This document shows, piece by piece, positions 19,426 to 28,833 of a stretch of DNA of 64,000 nucleotides (its first letter is position 1; every line of letters starts with the position of its first letter). Position numbers and translations under genes: made by a program. The notes under the pieces are model-generated. The model had not been told where the DNA came from. It saw only the letters and a program-made list of their open reading frames with translations, and did no database searches. The stretch covers positions 1 to 64,000 of the IMG/VR virus record IMGVR_UViG_3300031787_000001. One strand, written 5' to 3'.

Positions 19426-21177
19426 ATGCAGAAAAATATACCAGAAGTAGAAGCCAGAGAAATATTATCTGTTTATGATGGGTTTAATAACCAACTTTTA
19501 GAGTGGAAAGATAAATTTGTAAATGTTAAAAATTTCAAATTAACTAGACCACAATCTGATTATGTATTAAAATATCATACGGTTAAACCTAAAGTTGCTA
19601 GAAAATATCTGAATTTAGTACCAAGTTTTGGTGAAAAAATCAGAGAAGATAAATTATTACCAAAAGTACCTGAAAAGATTTGGTGTGAAAAATTATTGTG
19701 TGAGACAGATAAAGCATATCACATTTGGGGTAAGATTTTAGACACTGAACAAAACCACGCAATGTGGTTACCAAAAGGGGCAATACTACAAGAAGAGAAA
19801 AAATTAGATAGAATCATTGATTACTCAAAATATGAAAAAAGACCACCATTAGAACATCAAAAAGTGGCGATCGAAAAATTATTGGCCAACAATAAATTTA
19901 TTCTTGCGGATGATATGGGATTAGGTAAAACAACATCTGCTGTCATCGCTTCTTTGGAGTCTGAAGCAAAAAAGATTTTAATTGTTTGTCCGGCTTCACT
20001 TAAAATAAATTGGGAGAGAGAAATAAGAAATTATAGTGATAGAAAAATATTAATTGTTGAGGGTAGGAAGTGGGGTTCTACTTTTGATTATTATATTATA
20101 AATTACGATATAATCAAAAACTATCACACAACGGATAATAGTGAAGATAGTGAAGATTATAAATTATTGGTTAACGCAGGATTTGACCTTGCAATCGTCG
20201 ATGAAGCACACTATATTTCAAACAATACAGCACAAAGAACAAGATTGTTAAATGACGTTTTAAGTAAGATACCTAAAGTATGGTTATTAACAGGCACACC
20301 AATGACATCAAGACCAATTAACTATTATAATCTTTTAAAGATTGTGGAATCCCCATTAACTTTAAATTGGCAACATTATGTTTACAGATATTGTAAGGGG
20401 TATCAATTCAGGGTTGGTAATAGAAAAGTGTGGAATACAAGTGGCGCTAGTAATTTAGACGAATTACGTGAAAGAACTAAGAATATTGTTTTAAGAAGAA
20501 TGAAAACCGATATTCTTGATCTACCTGAAAAGATAATAACACCCGTTTTCTTGGATTTAAAAAGTACTTTTTATAATGAAGAGTTAGAAGAATTCATGAG
20601 AATATCTAAAGAAAATAAAAAAGAAGAAAGTCTGAGTGTCACGATTAATCGTCTAATGAAAGTTAGACAAATTATCGCACAAGAAAAAGTACCATACACT
20701 TGTGAGTTAATTGACAAATTTATTGAACAAGATAAGAAAGTAATTGTCTTTACTAATTTCACAAGTACATTAGAACTGTTACAAGAAAAATACAAGAAAA
20801 ATTCTGTAATATTAGACGGTCGTATGTCTAAACAAAAAAGACAGGAAAGTGTGGATAGATTTCAAAATGAAAGTAAAATAAAAGTTTTTATTTCTAACAT
20901 TGTTGCCGGTGGTGTTGGGATCACATTAACTGCGGCTGAAGGGGTTATTATGAATGATCTTTCTTTTGTTCCCGCTCACCATTCACAGGCGGAAGATAGG
21001 GCGTACAGATACGGACAAAAAAATAGTGTTCTCGTATATTATCCAATATTTGAAAACACTATTGAAATGATAATATATAATATCTTAAATAAAAAGAAGG
21101 GTATTATTGATCAGGTAATGGGTGACGGTGAATATTCTGAAAACTTCAGTACTGAATTATTGAATAATATTCTTTAA
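19426..21177 (+). CDS. SNF2-family (SMARCAL1/HARP-like) helicase/translocase
   Basis: ILADDMGLGKT, IVCPASLKINW, IVDEAH, LLTGTP, RRMKTDIL, GGVGITLTAA, HSQAEDRAYRYGQ. Confidence 0.92.
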   Translation: MQKNIPEVEAREILSVYDGFNNQLLEWKDKFVNVKNFKLTRPQSDYVLKYHTVKPKVARKYLNLVPSFGEKIREDKLLPKVPEKIWCEKLLCETDKAYHIWGKILDTEQNHAMWLPKGAILQEEKKLDRIIDYSKYEKRPPLEHQKVAIEKLLANNKFILADDMGLGKTTSAVIASLESEAKKILIVCPASLKINWEREIRNYSDRKILIVEGRKWGSTFDYYIINYDIIKNYHTTDNSEDSEDYKLLVNAGFDLAIVDEAHYISNNTAQRTRLLNDVLSKIPKVWLLTGTPMTSRPINYYNLLKIVESPLTLNWQHYVYRYCKGYQFRVGNRKVWNTSGASNLDELRERTKNIVLRRMKTDILDLPEKIITPVFLDLKSTFYNEELEEFMRISKENKKEESLSVTINRLMKVRQIIAQEKVPYTCELIDKFIEQDKKVIVFTNFTSTLELLQEKYKKNSVILDGRMSKQKRQESVDRFQNESKIKVFISNIVAGGVGITLTAAEGVIMNDLSFVPAHHSQAEDRAYRYGQKNSVLVYYPIFENTIEMIIYNILNKKKGIIDQVMGDGEYSENFSTELLNNIL

Positions 21178-21366
21178 TTCTTCAATTTTTTCATCTAACA
21201 ATTTTACAAAGTTTTTATCTTCATTATTTGAAAAATTTACAATAATTTCTTTTTTAGGTTCTAAAGTGTGATTTATAAAATTATTCTCACCTTCTCTTTG
21301 TAAAATAAAATCAAAATTATTTATTACACATATCCTAAATAGTTCGTCTATTTTTTTATCTATCAT
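21157..21366 (-). CDS. Hypothetical protein (69 aa)
   Basis: Start MIDKKIDELF overlaps the stop of the upstream gene (translational coupling). Confidence 0.55.
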   Translation of the reverse strand: MIDKKIDELFRICVINNFDFILQREGENNFINHTLEPKKEIIVNFSNNEDKNFVKLLDEKIEELKNIIQ

Positions 21367-22246
21367 ATATTTTTTCTTTATATAATAATTTTTTAGGAAA
21401 ATAAACACCATTGTTTTTTATTTCAATTTTTGATTTATTATTTTCAAAAATAACAATTCTTTTACCGATACATACGAAAACGTAATAGTTACATTTTGAT
21501 GTCTGACTTACACTAACATCAAGAAAATAATAATCGTCATGTTCCTCAATATTACATATACTTTTTATTTGATGTGTTGTTTTTTTTGATTGATGATTTA
21601 ACCACAGATCAATACCTTCTTTTCTATCATTATAATCACCTCTACCTTTTGTTGAAACATAATTTACGATATCGTCAAAAAAATCATTAATGTTTTCTTC
21701 ATAAAATTTTTGTGCTTTATCACCAATACCCATCGTTTTATTAAATAATTCAATCAATTCATGGTACATAGGAGAACCTATAAGAAAAATATCGTTTTTC
21801 TTATATTTAACAATTTTTAAAAATTTTTTTATTTTTTCTATAGTTTCACTTTCAGTGTCGTTAATATTAAAAATTATTTGATTTTTATATGAAAAAATCT
21901 CATTATCAATTATAATTTCTTCAATACCTTTTACCCTATAAAGATTAACTAAAAATTTATTACACCTATTAGCAATTATTGTATGACAACTGTAATTTGT
22001 ATCTGCTTGCATTAATGGCGACCATTCATTATTTATTATAACACCAATATCTTTTTTTTCTGATTTCGGGTTCTGTTTCCACATACCCAATGGTTCATAA
22101 ATTTCTCTTAAAATTTTATTTATCTCCTCTCTTAAAAATAATTTTATTCTATTATTTCTTTGCCAACTTTTAGAAATTTCGTCATTTAATGACATTTTTA
22201 AAAGAGGATCGATTTTTAATGTTTTTAATCTTTCTTGTAATGTCAT
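21356..22246 (-). CDS. Hypothetical protein (296 aa), possible PD-(D/E)xK-fold nuclease
   Basis: Likely start MTLQERLK at 22246 behind a host-type promoter; C-terminal GRGDYNDRKEGIDLW...TTHQIKS resembles a D-x-Q-x-K nuclease motif. Confidence 0.5.
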   Translation of the reverse strand: MTLQERLKTLKIDPLLKMSLNDEISKSWQRNNRIKLFLREEINKILREIYEPLGMWKQNPKSEKKDIGVIINNEWSPLMQADTNYSCHTIIANRCNKFLVNLYRVKGIEEIIIDNEIFSYKNQIIFNINDTESETIEKIKKFLKIVKYKKNDIFLIGSPMYHELIELFNKTMGIGDKAQKFYEENINDFFDDIVNYVSTKGRGDYNDRKEGIDLWLNHQSKKTTHQIKSICNIEEHDDYYFLDVSVSQTSKCNYYVFVCIGKRIVIFENNKSKIEIKNNGVYFPKKLLYKEKIYDR

Positions 22247-22252
22247 AATACC

Positions 22253-22284
22253 GAAATATAAGATATTTATAGTAAATAAACAAA
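22253..22284 (-). promoter_or_regulatory. Bacteroidota-type promoter TTTG-N20-TATATTTC
   Basis: One mismatch to TAnnTTTG with correct spacing; 6 nt before the ATG at 22246. Confidence 0.55.
22264..22271 (+). promoter_or_regulatory. Putative late promoter TATTTATA (neck gene)
   Basis: Recurrent motif, 15 nt before the ATG at 22287. Confidence 0.6.
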
Positions 22285-22286
22285 TT

Positions 22287-23405
22287 ATGGCGGCGACTAT
22301 TATAACACCGGAAGAAAAAGACAAATTATTTACCCAAGTTTTACACCTTTTAGGTATGCCAGTTAGAGGAGTAGAGTTAACTGAAGAACAAATGGATAGT
22401 TTTTTACAGCTGGCGATATCAGAATATGAGCAATATGTAAACGATTGGTTAATCGAATCACAATGGTCTGCATTGGCTAATTTGGACGTTGATAACAACT
22501 CATTAACAAGGGCATTTACAAATAGAAGTTTAGATTATGAAACTCAATACACTTACGCATATTCAAAGATAGTGGGGTTACAAGCAAACGGTCCATGGGA
22601 ACTTAAAAAAGATTATTTTGATTTAGTACAAAATCAACAAACATATGTAATCCCCGCAGGACGTGAAATTAATGAATTATTATGGTTTACAAGGGCCACA
22701 TTAACCGACTCTATTGTTGACCCATTTTTAGGTGGTTTTGGTGGTCTTGGGGGTGTTGCATTTGGTGGTGTCGGGGGTTTCGCACAAGTAGGTGCGTCAG
22801 GTTCTTATTTCTTATTACCCGCGTTTGACCTATTATTAAGAATGGGTGATAGGAATTTAAAAAATAGATTAATTGGTGGTGATTTAACATATAGAATAAC
22901 TGCAGGTCCAAATGGAACTAAAATAGTACACTTACTTAATGTACCGGGTGGTAAATTTGATTTTGGATCAATAAATAAAAATACAAGAGTTTGGTATTGG
23001 TATTATGATGCCGGTGACAATAGAGATGAATGTTTAGAGAAAAACAAAGATATTATCAGATTACCTTCAGATGTTATGACCGATCCATTAACTTGGGATG
23101 ATCTTAATAAACCTTCACAAAACTGGGTTAGAAAATATTTTATTGGTTATTGTAAAGAAGGTTTGGCAAGAATTTGGGGTAAATTCTCAGGTGACCTTAA
23201 AGTTCCTGATAGTGAGGTTAAATTAGATTACTCTTCATTACTTACAGAAGGTAAAGACGAAAGATTAAAACTTGTTGAAGAATTAATGGCACGTTTAGAA
23301 AGACTCCGCCCCGAAAAACTTTTAGAAAGAAAGAAAAACGAGGCGGAATTCCTTAATGGTTCATTGAAATTTAGAGCAATGCCAAGTCCGATCAATATTA
23401 TCTAA
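22287..23405 (+). CDS. Neck / head-tail adaptor protein (gp13-like)
   Basis: LGMPVRGVELTEEQMD N-terminus; NWVRKYFIGYCKEGLARIWGKFSG...LDYSSLLTEGKDE C-terminus, typical of gp13-family adaptors. Confidence 0.75.
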   Translation: MAATIITPEEKDKLFTQVLHLLGMPVRGVELTEEQMDSFLQLAISEYEQYVNDWLIESQWSALANLDVDNNSLTRAFTNRSLDYETQYTYAYSKIVGLQANGPWELKKDYFDLVQNQQTYVIPAGREINELLWFTRATLTDSIVDPFLGGFGGLGGVAFGGVGGFAQVGASGSYFLLPAFDLLLRMGDRNLKNRLIGGDLTYRITAGPNGTKIVHLLNVPGGKFDFGSINKNTRVWYWYYDAGDNRDECLEKNKDIIRLPSDVMTDPLTWDDLNKPSQNWVRKYFIGYCKEGLARIWGKFSGDLKVPDSEVKLDYSSLLTEGKDERLKLVEELMARLERLRPEKLLERKKNEAEFLNGSLKFRAMPSPINII

Positions 23406-26299
23406 ACATGATCTGCGTGGTATGCAAAATCATTACCATTCGTTTCAATTATTTCATCTTCATTACTTATAACAGAGTTTTCTTGTAATGAAACAACTTT
23501 TCTATTGTGATCAACCCAATATTGATCAACTAAACTTAAACTATCTTCCACATACATAAAATAAGGGTCACGATTAACTCTATTCCAAAATATCACCTCA
23601 CTATCTGAAAGTGTCATAACTTCATCAAAATTATCTTGACCACCTTCTTTTAATGGATGTCCACTGATTAATTCACATTGTGATTTTGTAAAGTATTGAC
23701 GATCTTTTGGGTCTTCTATTAATATATCTTCCCTTATCTCAGGTTTAAACACAACTAATAAAGGTTCTATTCTTTTATTAAAATTATTAAGATAACGAGG
23801 CACATTATAATCACCGGTCATGTCGGGATTATTTTGAATATCTTTTTCTGATATCATGTAGCAATTAACTTCTATGAAATCGTTCGGCATTTCTACACCA
23901 TGTTTTTGTAGGTATTCTTCTTGTTGTTTTTTAGTTGGTTTACTTATTTTTTGTACATCACCCGAAGACTTTTTAAGACCATTGTTGATGTAATATATTG
24001 TTTCACCCAAACCGGCAGGATAGTTATTTTGAATAACTAATTCCATATGAGCTTGTCTTGACATCAGTGATCCTGCCTTAGTTGTTTTCTTTATGTGTTT
24101 TTTATAATCTTCCACATTTTGTTTTACACGTGATTTGTTTGCTATTTTAGATAGTGGAATTTCTTTATTATATATCTTTTCAACGTATGAATAGTATAAT
24201 TCAACAAATGAATGTCCATCACCATTTAACAAATATTTTAAACCTTCATCTAAAAACTCAACAATATACTGTTGTAATTTTTTTGATTTAATCGTATTAC
24301 CTGTTAATTTTATTTTTTCCTTACCTTTCTTAATTAATTTAATGATGTAATTCTTTCTTGAAACATTGATACAAGATGGGGCAACATAATCAATATCTAA
24401 CCCCATCTCATTTCTCATAAAAATATCATTAAACTCGGCAGTATCCGCTTCAATACCTTTATACTCTTTTCCTTCTGTAACTAATTCATTTAATCCTTTA
24501 CCGACATAAATATGTTTGTCAATATCTTCAGGTGTTTCAAAGTTAACACCATCAGTGTCCATTACAAGTGGTTTATAACCTTTCTTCATAAAGAACATAA
24601 TCATCATACGAAGACATTGTCTACCCACACATGTAATAGTTTCACCCATATTCATATCACCCCACGGAAATACTTGTGGTGCAGATAATGAACCAAAATA
24701 TGCATTGATGAAAATTTTAATAGGTAATTGTTTCCTATCATACATTTCCGCCTCAACAGGATTTGTTTTAGAAAGTTCACCGGCAAGTCTTTTATATTTG
24801 ATACGAATATTACGGAAATATTTCAACATTGATTTCTGTACACCCATAACATCGCAATCGGGAAACACATCATATACAAGTTGAATTGATGGATAAAGAG
24901 ATGCATAGTCAAATTTAACAATGTTCTTCGCATAACCTACATTTAATAATCTTGATAACCCACCTGTAATTGCCCTCTTTTCATCTTTTTCAGGTATTGC
25001 CAAATTATTTTCATAAGACCATGCCAACATTATTATTTTCCATAATGTTGCTGTACCCATTGTTGCAACTCTCTCATAAGTGGTAGGTACTAATTTAGAA
25101 AGTAAAAATGTAGACTGACTAAAAGAATCATCAACAATCATCGTTTCATAAAGATCATCATCCAAGTATTGTTCTACAATTCTTTTACCTGACCATATTT
25201 CATATTTACCAGGATATTTTTCCAATAGTCCTTCAGTACCTTTCTCACCAATTTTTTTATATTTTCCCGTTTTTGGATTTACGTAGTATAATTCATTATC
25301 TAAGTAAATTTTGGAAATAAATGGACCGTCAACATAAACACGATTTTCTTTTTCCTTTTCGAGATATTTTGTTATATATTTTAAACCCCAAGATTTGATT
25401 TCTGAGTTTATCGCCTGAGCTCTTCTTACAGAATGTGCAATATCAATAATATTGAAACCCCAAATGATATGTTGGGTATATGGTTCGATTTCATTAGCGA
25501 GTTTTAATATACCTTCTTTTTCTTTTATTCCCTGTGAGGTTAAAATACTTGTCAACCCTTCAACATTAACACCAAGTATTTCCGCCCTTTTAAGTATAAA
25601 CGGAAAGTCAAATGAAGCTGAATTGTATCCACCAATTATTGTTGGTTTTAATTCTTTTATTGTTTTAAAAAACTCTTCGATACATCTTTTCTCACCATCA
25701 TCACCGAAAGCGTCGATTGTTTTAACTAAACCACGATTATCCTTCATACCAATTAAGATTATCTTATTGGTTTCAGGTTCAAGACCTGTGGTTTCAATAT
25801 CAAATACAAGTCTATGTACACCACTATAATCATCGATACCCTTAAACAATCTTTTTTTCTTTTGAATAAGATATTGTTCAACAGGTGATAATATTGTGAA
25901 ATATTTTTTAGTTTCATCACCCCAAGGATTTAACCCACCAAACCTAAAAAAATTAATTAATTCTGTATAACCTTTAATACTCTTAACAAGAAACTTCATT
26001 CCGTTTTCTAATCGTTCATTACCGTGAGTTTCTAATTTTTCGATAATAATACCAAATTCACCCATTTTTTTCTTTTGAGTCATTTTACTATTACCGTAAA
26101 AATTTAATCCATTTAGATCTGAAACCCACAAAAATGGTGTGAACGTGTCGGGAACAACAACTTTACCCTTTTGGGGGTCTTGTATAATTTTATAAATTTT
26201 ATTTGTGGGATAATCGTATTCTACACCAACGATAAATTCTTCGGGATCTGCACCGTTTAGGAAGCTCTCGATAACTTCCTGAGAGATAACATCTTTCAT
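23402..26299 (-). CDS. Family B DNA polymerase with 3'-5' exonuclease domain
   Basis: FDIETTG, GYNSASFDFPFI, YLDDDL (exonuclease); FDYASLYPSI, KIFINAYFG, MDTDG, RKNY (polymerase). Confidence 0.95.
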   Translation of the reverse strand: MKDVISQEVIESFLNGADPEEFIVGVEYDYPTNKIYKIIQDPQKGKVVVPDTFTPFLWVSDLNGLNFYGNSKMTQKKKMGEFGIIIEKLETHGNERLENGMKFLVKSIKGYTELINFFRFGGLNPWGDETKKYFTILSPVEQYLIQKKKRLFKGIDDYSGVHRLVFDIETTGLEPETNKIILIGMKDNRGLVKTIDAFGDDGEKRCIEEFFKTIKELKPTIIGGYNSASFDFPFILKRAEILGVNVEGLTSILTSQGIKEKEGILKLANEIEPYTQHIIWGFNIIDIAHSVRRAQAINSEIKSWGLKYITKYLEKEKENRVYVDGPFISKIYLDNELYYVNPKTGKYKKIGEKGTEGLLEKYPGKYEIWSGKRIVEQYLDDDLYETMIVDDSFSQSTFLLSKLVPTTYERVATMGTATLWKIIMLAWSYENNLAIPEKDEKRAITGGLSRLLNVGYAKNIVKFDYASLYPSIQLVYDVFPDCDVMGVQKSMLKYFRNIRIKYKRLAGELSKTNPVEAEMYDRKQLPIKIFINAYFGSLSAPQVFPWGDMNMGETITCVGRQCLRMMIMFFMKKGYKPLVMDTDGVNFETPEDIDKHIYVGKGLNELVTEGKEYKGIEADTAEFNDIFMRNEMGLDIDYVAPSCINVSRKNYIIKLIKKGKEKIKLTGNTIKSKKLQQYIVEFLDEGLKYLLNGDGHSFVELYYSYVEKIYNKEIPLSKIANKSRVKQNVEDYKKHIKKTTKAGSLMSRQAHMELVIQNNYPAGLGETIYYINNGLKKSSGDVQKISKPTKKQQEEYLQKHGVEMPNDFIEVNCYMISEKDIQNNPDMTGDYNVPRYLNNFNKRIEPLLVVFKPEIREDILIEDPKDRQYFTKSQCELISGHPLKEGGQDNFDEVMTLSDSEVIFWNRVNRDPYFMYVEDSLSLVDQYWVDHNRKVVSLQENSVISNEDEIIETNGNDFAYHADHV

Positions 26300-26361
26300 T
26301 ATTATATTTTTAAATGTGACACATTAGCTTACCGAAAATCGGTAGTTTGTCTTAACATTAA

Positions 26362-26393
26362 TAAATATAATAAAAATTTTACCCTAAATCAAA
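26362..26393 (-). promoter_or_regulatory. Bacteroidota-type promoter TTTG-N20-TATATTTA of the DNA polymerase, overlapping a late-type TATTTATT (26360-26367)
   Basis: Spacing and motif match; followed by a roughly 60-nt leader containing two inverted repeats. Confidence 0.55.
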
Positions 26394-26757
26394 AAATGTT
26401 GATAAATAGTTTTTCTTTTAACGGAACAATTAATTTTGTTGTTGGATTCGAATTTGTGTCTAAAAATTGAATGGTAACAATTCCTTCAAATTTACCTTTT
26501 ACAGATGTACCTTCTTCTGTAAATCTATATGTAATATAATATTCATCGGTTGTTTGGTCGTATTTCTTGGTTCTTGTGGTTATTAAACACTGACCATTTA
26601 AAATTTGAGGTTCTTCTGTTTTAAAATCATACATATCAAATGTGATATTTGAATTTTCTAACATATCATTAAAAGATGACTTGTCGTTTTTACCATCATC
26701 AATTAATCTTAATTTTAAAATTGGTTCAGTTGCTCCCTGTCTTATATTAAATTCCAT
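26389..26757 (-). CDS. Small Ig-like virion protein (BppU N-terminal-like)
   Basis: FNIRQGATEPILKLRL...YYITYRFTEEGTSVKGKFEGIVTIQF...LIVP; late motif at 26770-26777. Confidence 0.5.
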   Translation of the reverse strand: MEFNIRQGATEPILKLRLIDDGKNDKSSFNDMLENSNITFDMYDFKTEEPQILNGQCLITTRTKKYDQTTDEYYITYRFTEEGTSVKGKFEGIVTIQFLDTNSNPTTKLIVPLKEKLFINIF

Positions 26758-26779
26758 ATAGGTTTATTTTATAAATATT

Positions 26780-27409
26780 TTACTTTTGAAAGTATTTCTC
26801 AATTCTTTTACTTAATCTAACTCTCGGGTCGTTTATATTTCTACCAAGATCCTCATATTTCAAAATAAATCCGAAACTCAAAAAAACTCTTCTTGAATTA
26901 AATTCATTTGTCCAGTGTTTATAAAGAGAAGCTTCAAATCCATATAAATCTGTTTCTTGAATTTTTATTGATTCCCTATCAATAAAAAAATCATAATCCT
27001 CAGATAATACACTTATATTACATTTGTAATTAACATAACCATCAATTGACGCATCATAATGTGGATTTATTTTTCCACCTTTATTCATGTCTACAGCCTG
27101 TAAAAAAATATTGTCTTTTGGGAAATTAAATTCTTCAGATATTCTATCTATTATTTTATAGATAAAATCAGGTAAAGGTTCTTTTGAAACGTCAGATATT
27201 GATTGAAATTTTGTGATGTAATTTGTTAAATAGGTATTTGAAATATCGAATATACAAGATTTACCCTTTAATGTTTTTGAAAGTTCAGTGAGATGGTAAT
27301 TACTATCATTACCTATATGATTGACAGAATCCAACCAGTTAATTATCTGATTGGATTCGTCCTTTGTGATAAAGTTTTTTTTTATTTTATAACAATCCGT
27401 ATTTTCCAA
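26780..27409 (-). CDS. 2OG-Fe(II) oxygenase
   Basis: GGKINPHYD (HxD), distal H in LYKHWTN and R in SRRVFLSFGF. Confidence 0.8.
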   Translation of the reverse strand: MENTDCYKIKKNFITKDESNQIINWLDSVNHIGNDSNYHLTELSKTLKGKSCIFDISNTYLTNYITKFQSISDVSKEPLPDFIYKIIDRISEEFNFPKDNIFLQAVDMNKGGKINPHYDASIDGYVNYKCNISVLSEDYDFFIDRESIKIQETDLYGFEASLYKHWTNEFNSRRVFLSFGFILKYEDLGRNINDPRVRLSKRIEKYFQK

Positions 27410-27647
27410 TTTTTTTAAGATTATGTTTTTCCAAAAATTCTTTTGGATTCATCGCTTCAATTATTGTTAATTCAGCAGAACTAATCATTTCTTGTGCTTT
27501 ATTTTCGGGTATCGCCATAACACACATTTTATGTGTTGCGGGTGATTCTCCGGTTGGTGATAAATCTATGTTTAAGATGTTATCATTTTTCATTTTTTCT
27601 CTAACTTGTGAAAGTTTAGATACTTCACATAATATACAGATTCTCAT
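27387..27647 (-). CDS. Hypothetical protein (86 aa)
   Basis: Co-oriented ORF that fills the gap and overlaps the oxygenase start. Confidence 0.6.
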   Translation of the reverse strand: MRICILCEVSKLSQVREKMKNDNILNIDLSPTGESPATHKMCVMAIPENKAQEMISSAELTIIEAMNPKEFLEKHNLKKIGKYGLL

Positions 27648-27673
27648 ATTATTTATTTTTTATTTTTTATTTC

Positions 27674-28831
27674 TTAATTATACACTCTTATTTCTATTGA
27701 TTCTATCGCATCTTGACCAATATCAATATAGTCTCCAACATTTACAATTCCATCATTAAAGACTAACTGAACTTCGTTATTTGATATTCTAACTCCTCCA
27801 GGAAATCCTGTATTTCCATTAAGACCATCATGAGTATAAATTATGAATGTTTTATTCTCAGGAAAAGCGTTACTTAAAGTACCCAAATAATATCCGACAT
27901 TATTTCTTGTCCAAACTATATCACCAATAGTATTTTCTAAAACAGTAACAACAGGGTCAGTTATTCCAGATTGTCTTAATAAAGCAGTGTACACTTTATA
28001 TTTAGGTCCATATGCCGTTGATTGTACCGTATCATCAGGGAAGGTTAGACCTGTAGTAGAAAAACTCCAAGCCGTCCCAACTCCATCTGAGAAGTTAATG
28101 TTTACGTTTGTCGGATTGGCAACCACTGCACTACCTGGTGCGGATGGTCCACTACTTATTAAGTCGGGAATTGCGGTAGTCTGAATAGATCCGTCGGGAA
28201 ACTCTAAAGATCCGTCTGCACCGAAGGTCCAGTTACTAGCAGTTATTGCTCCGCCAATATAAGTTGATGAAGTTGTTAAAAAATCACCTCCTGGTAGAAA
28301 GTAGTTACCTACTCCTCCATCTCCTTGTGGTGTTAGTACAGTACCAAATTGTAAAGTATAACCGCCAAGTATTCCAGGACCGTATATTGTCATACCATCT
28401 GTAATCGTACCGTTAATCATATCGGTAACATGTAGTGTTGCTCCTGGACCATCACCATATCCATTATCAATGTATCCTATAAATTCAACTTCTGCATCGG
28501 TTGTTTTTATTTGTACCTTATTTAATGAATCGCTTATTAATAGATTATTATTTTCACCACCAATTATTAAATCAGCGTTACTCTGATCAATAGTACCTCC
28601 GGCTCTAATGTGAATGTGATTAGGACCGGTTGGATCTAAAACAACGTAACGATTATCATCGGTACTTGCGTCAGGTTTTAGGATAAGTGTAGTCAATCCT
28701 GAACCATCACCCGAACTTTCAGGTATTGATTCTATTTGACTACCTTCAGGAAAATTAAGAGGACTTGTTAAATTTATTTGAGGTATTGTTTGTCCCGATA
28801 CGTTATTTACAATATATTTTGTTGTTGCCAT
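27674..28831 (-). CDS. Tail fibre / virion adhesin-like protein
   Basis: Gly/Thr/Asp-rich; repeated WTFGADGSLEFPDGSIQTTA and WSFSTTGLTFPDDTVQSTA fibre-shaft motifs. Confidence 0.6.
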   Translation of the reverse strand: MATTKYIVNNVSGQTIPQINLTSPLNFPEGSQIESIPESSGDGSGLTTLILKPDASTDDNRYVVLDPTGPNHIHIRAGGTIDQSNADLIIGGENNNLLISDSLNKVQIKTTDAEVEFIGYIDNGYGDGPGATLHVTDMINGTITDGMTIYGPGILGGYTLQFGTVLTPQGDGGVGNYFLPGGDFLTTSSTYIGGAITASNWTFGADGSLEFPDGSIQTTAIPDLISSGPSAPGSAVVANPTNVNINFSDGVGTAWSFSTTGLTFPDDTVQSTAYGPKYKVYTALLRQSGITDPVVTVLENTIGDIVWTRNNVGYYLGTLSNAFPENKTFIIYTHDGLNGNTGFPGGVRISNNEVQLVFNDGIVNVGDYIDIGQDAIESIEIRVYN

Positions 28832-28833
28832 TT

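Noticed and set aside
21356-22498. ORF-track start at 22498 (likewise 18901, 21411, 53038, 56135, 58399)
   Set aside because: These starts overlap neighbouring genes; downstream ATGs (22246, 18862, 21366, 53056, 56171, 58375) fit the promoters and stop-start coupling better.
23402-26299. Intein or intron in the polymerase (also checked for capsid and sheath)
   Set aside because: Continuous ORFs with motifs in normal order and no intein C/S...HN boundaries or LAGLIDADG motifs noticed.
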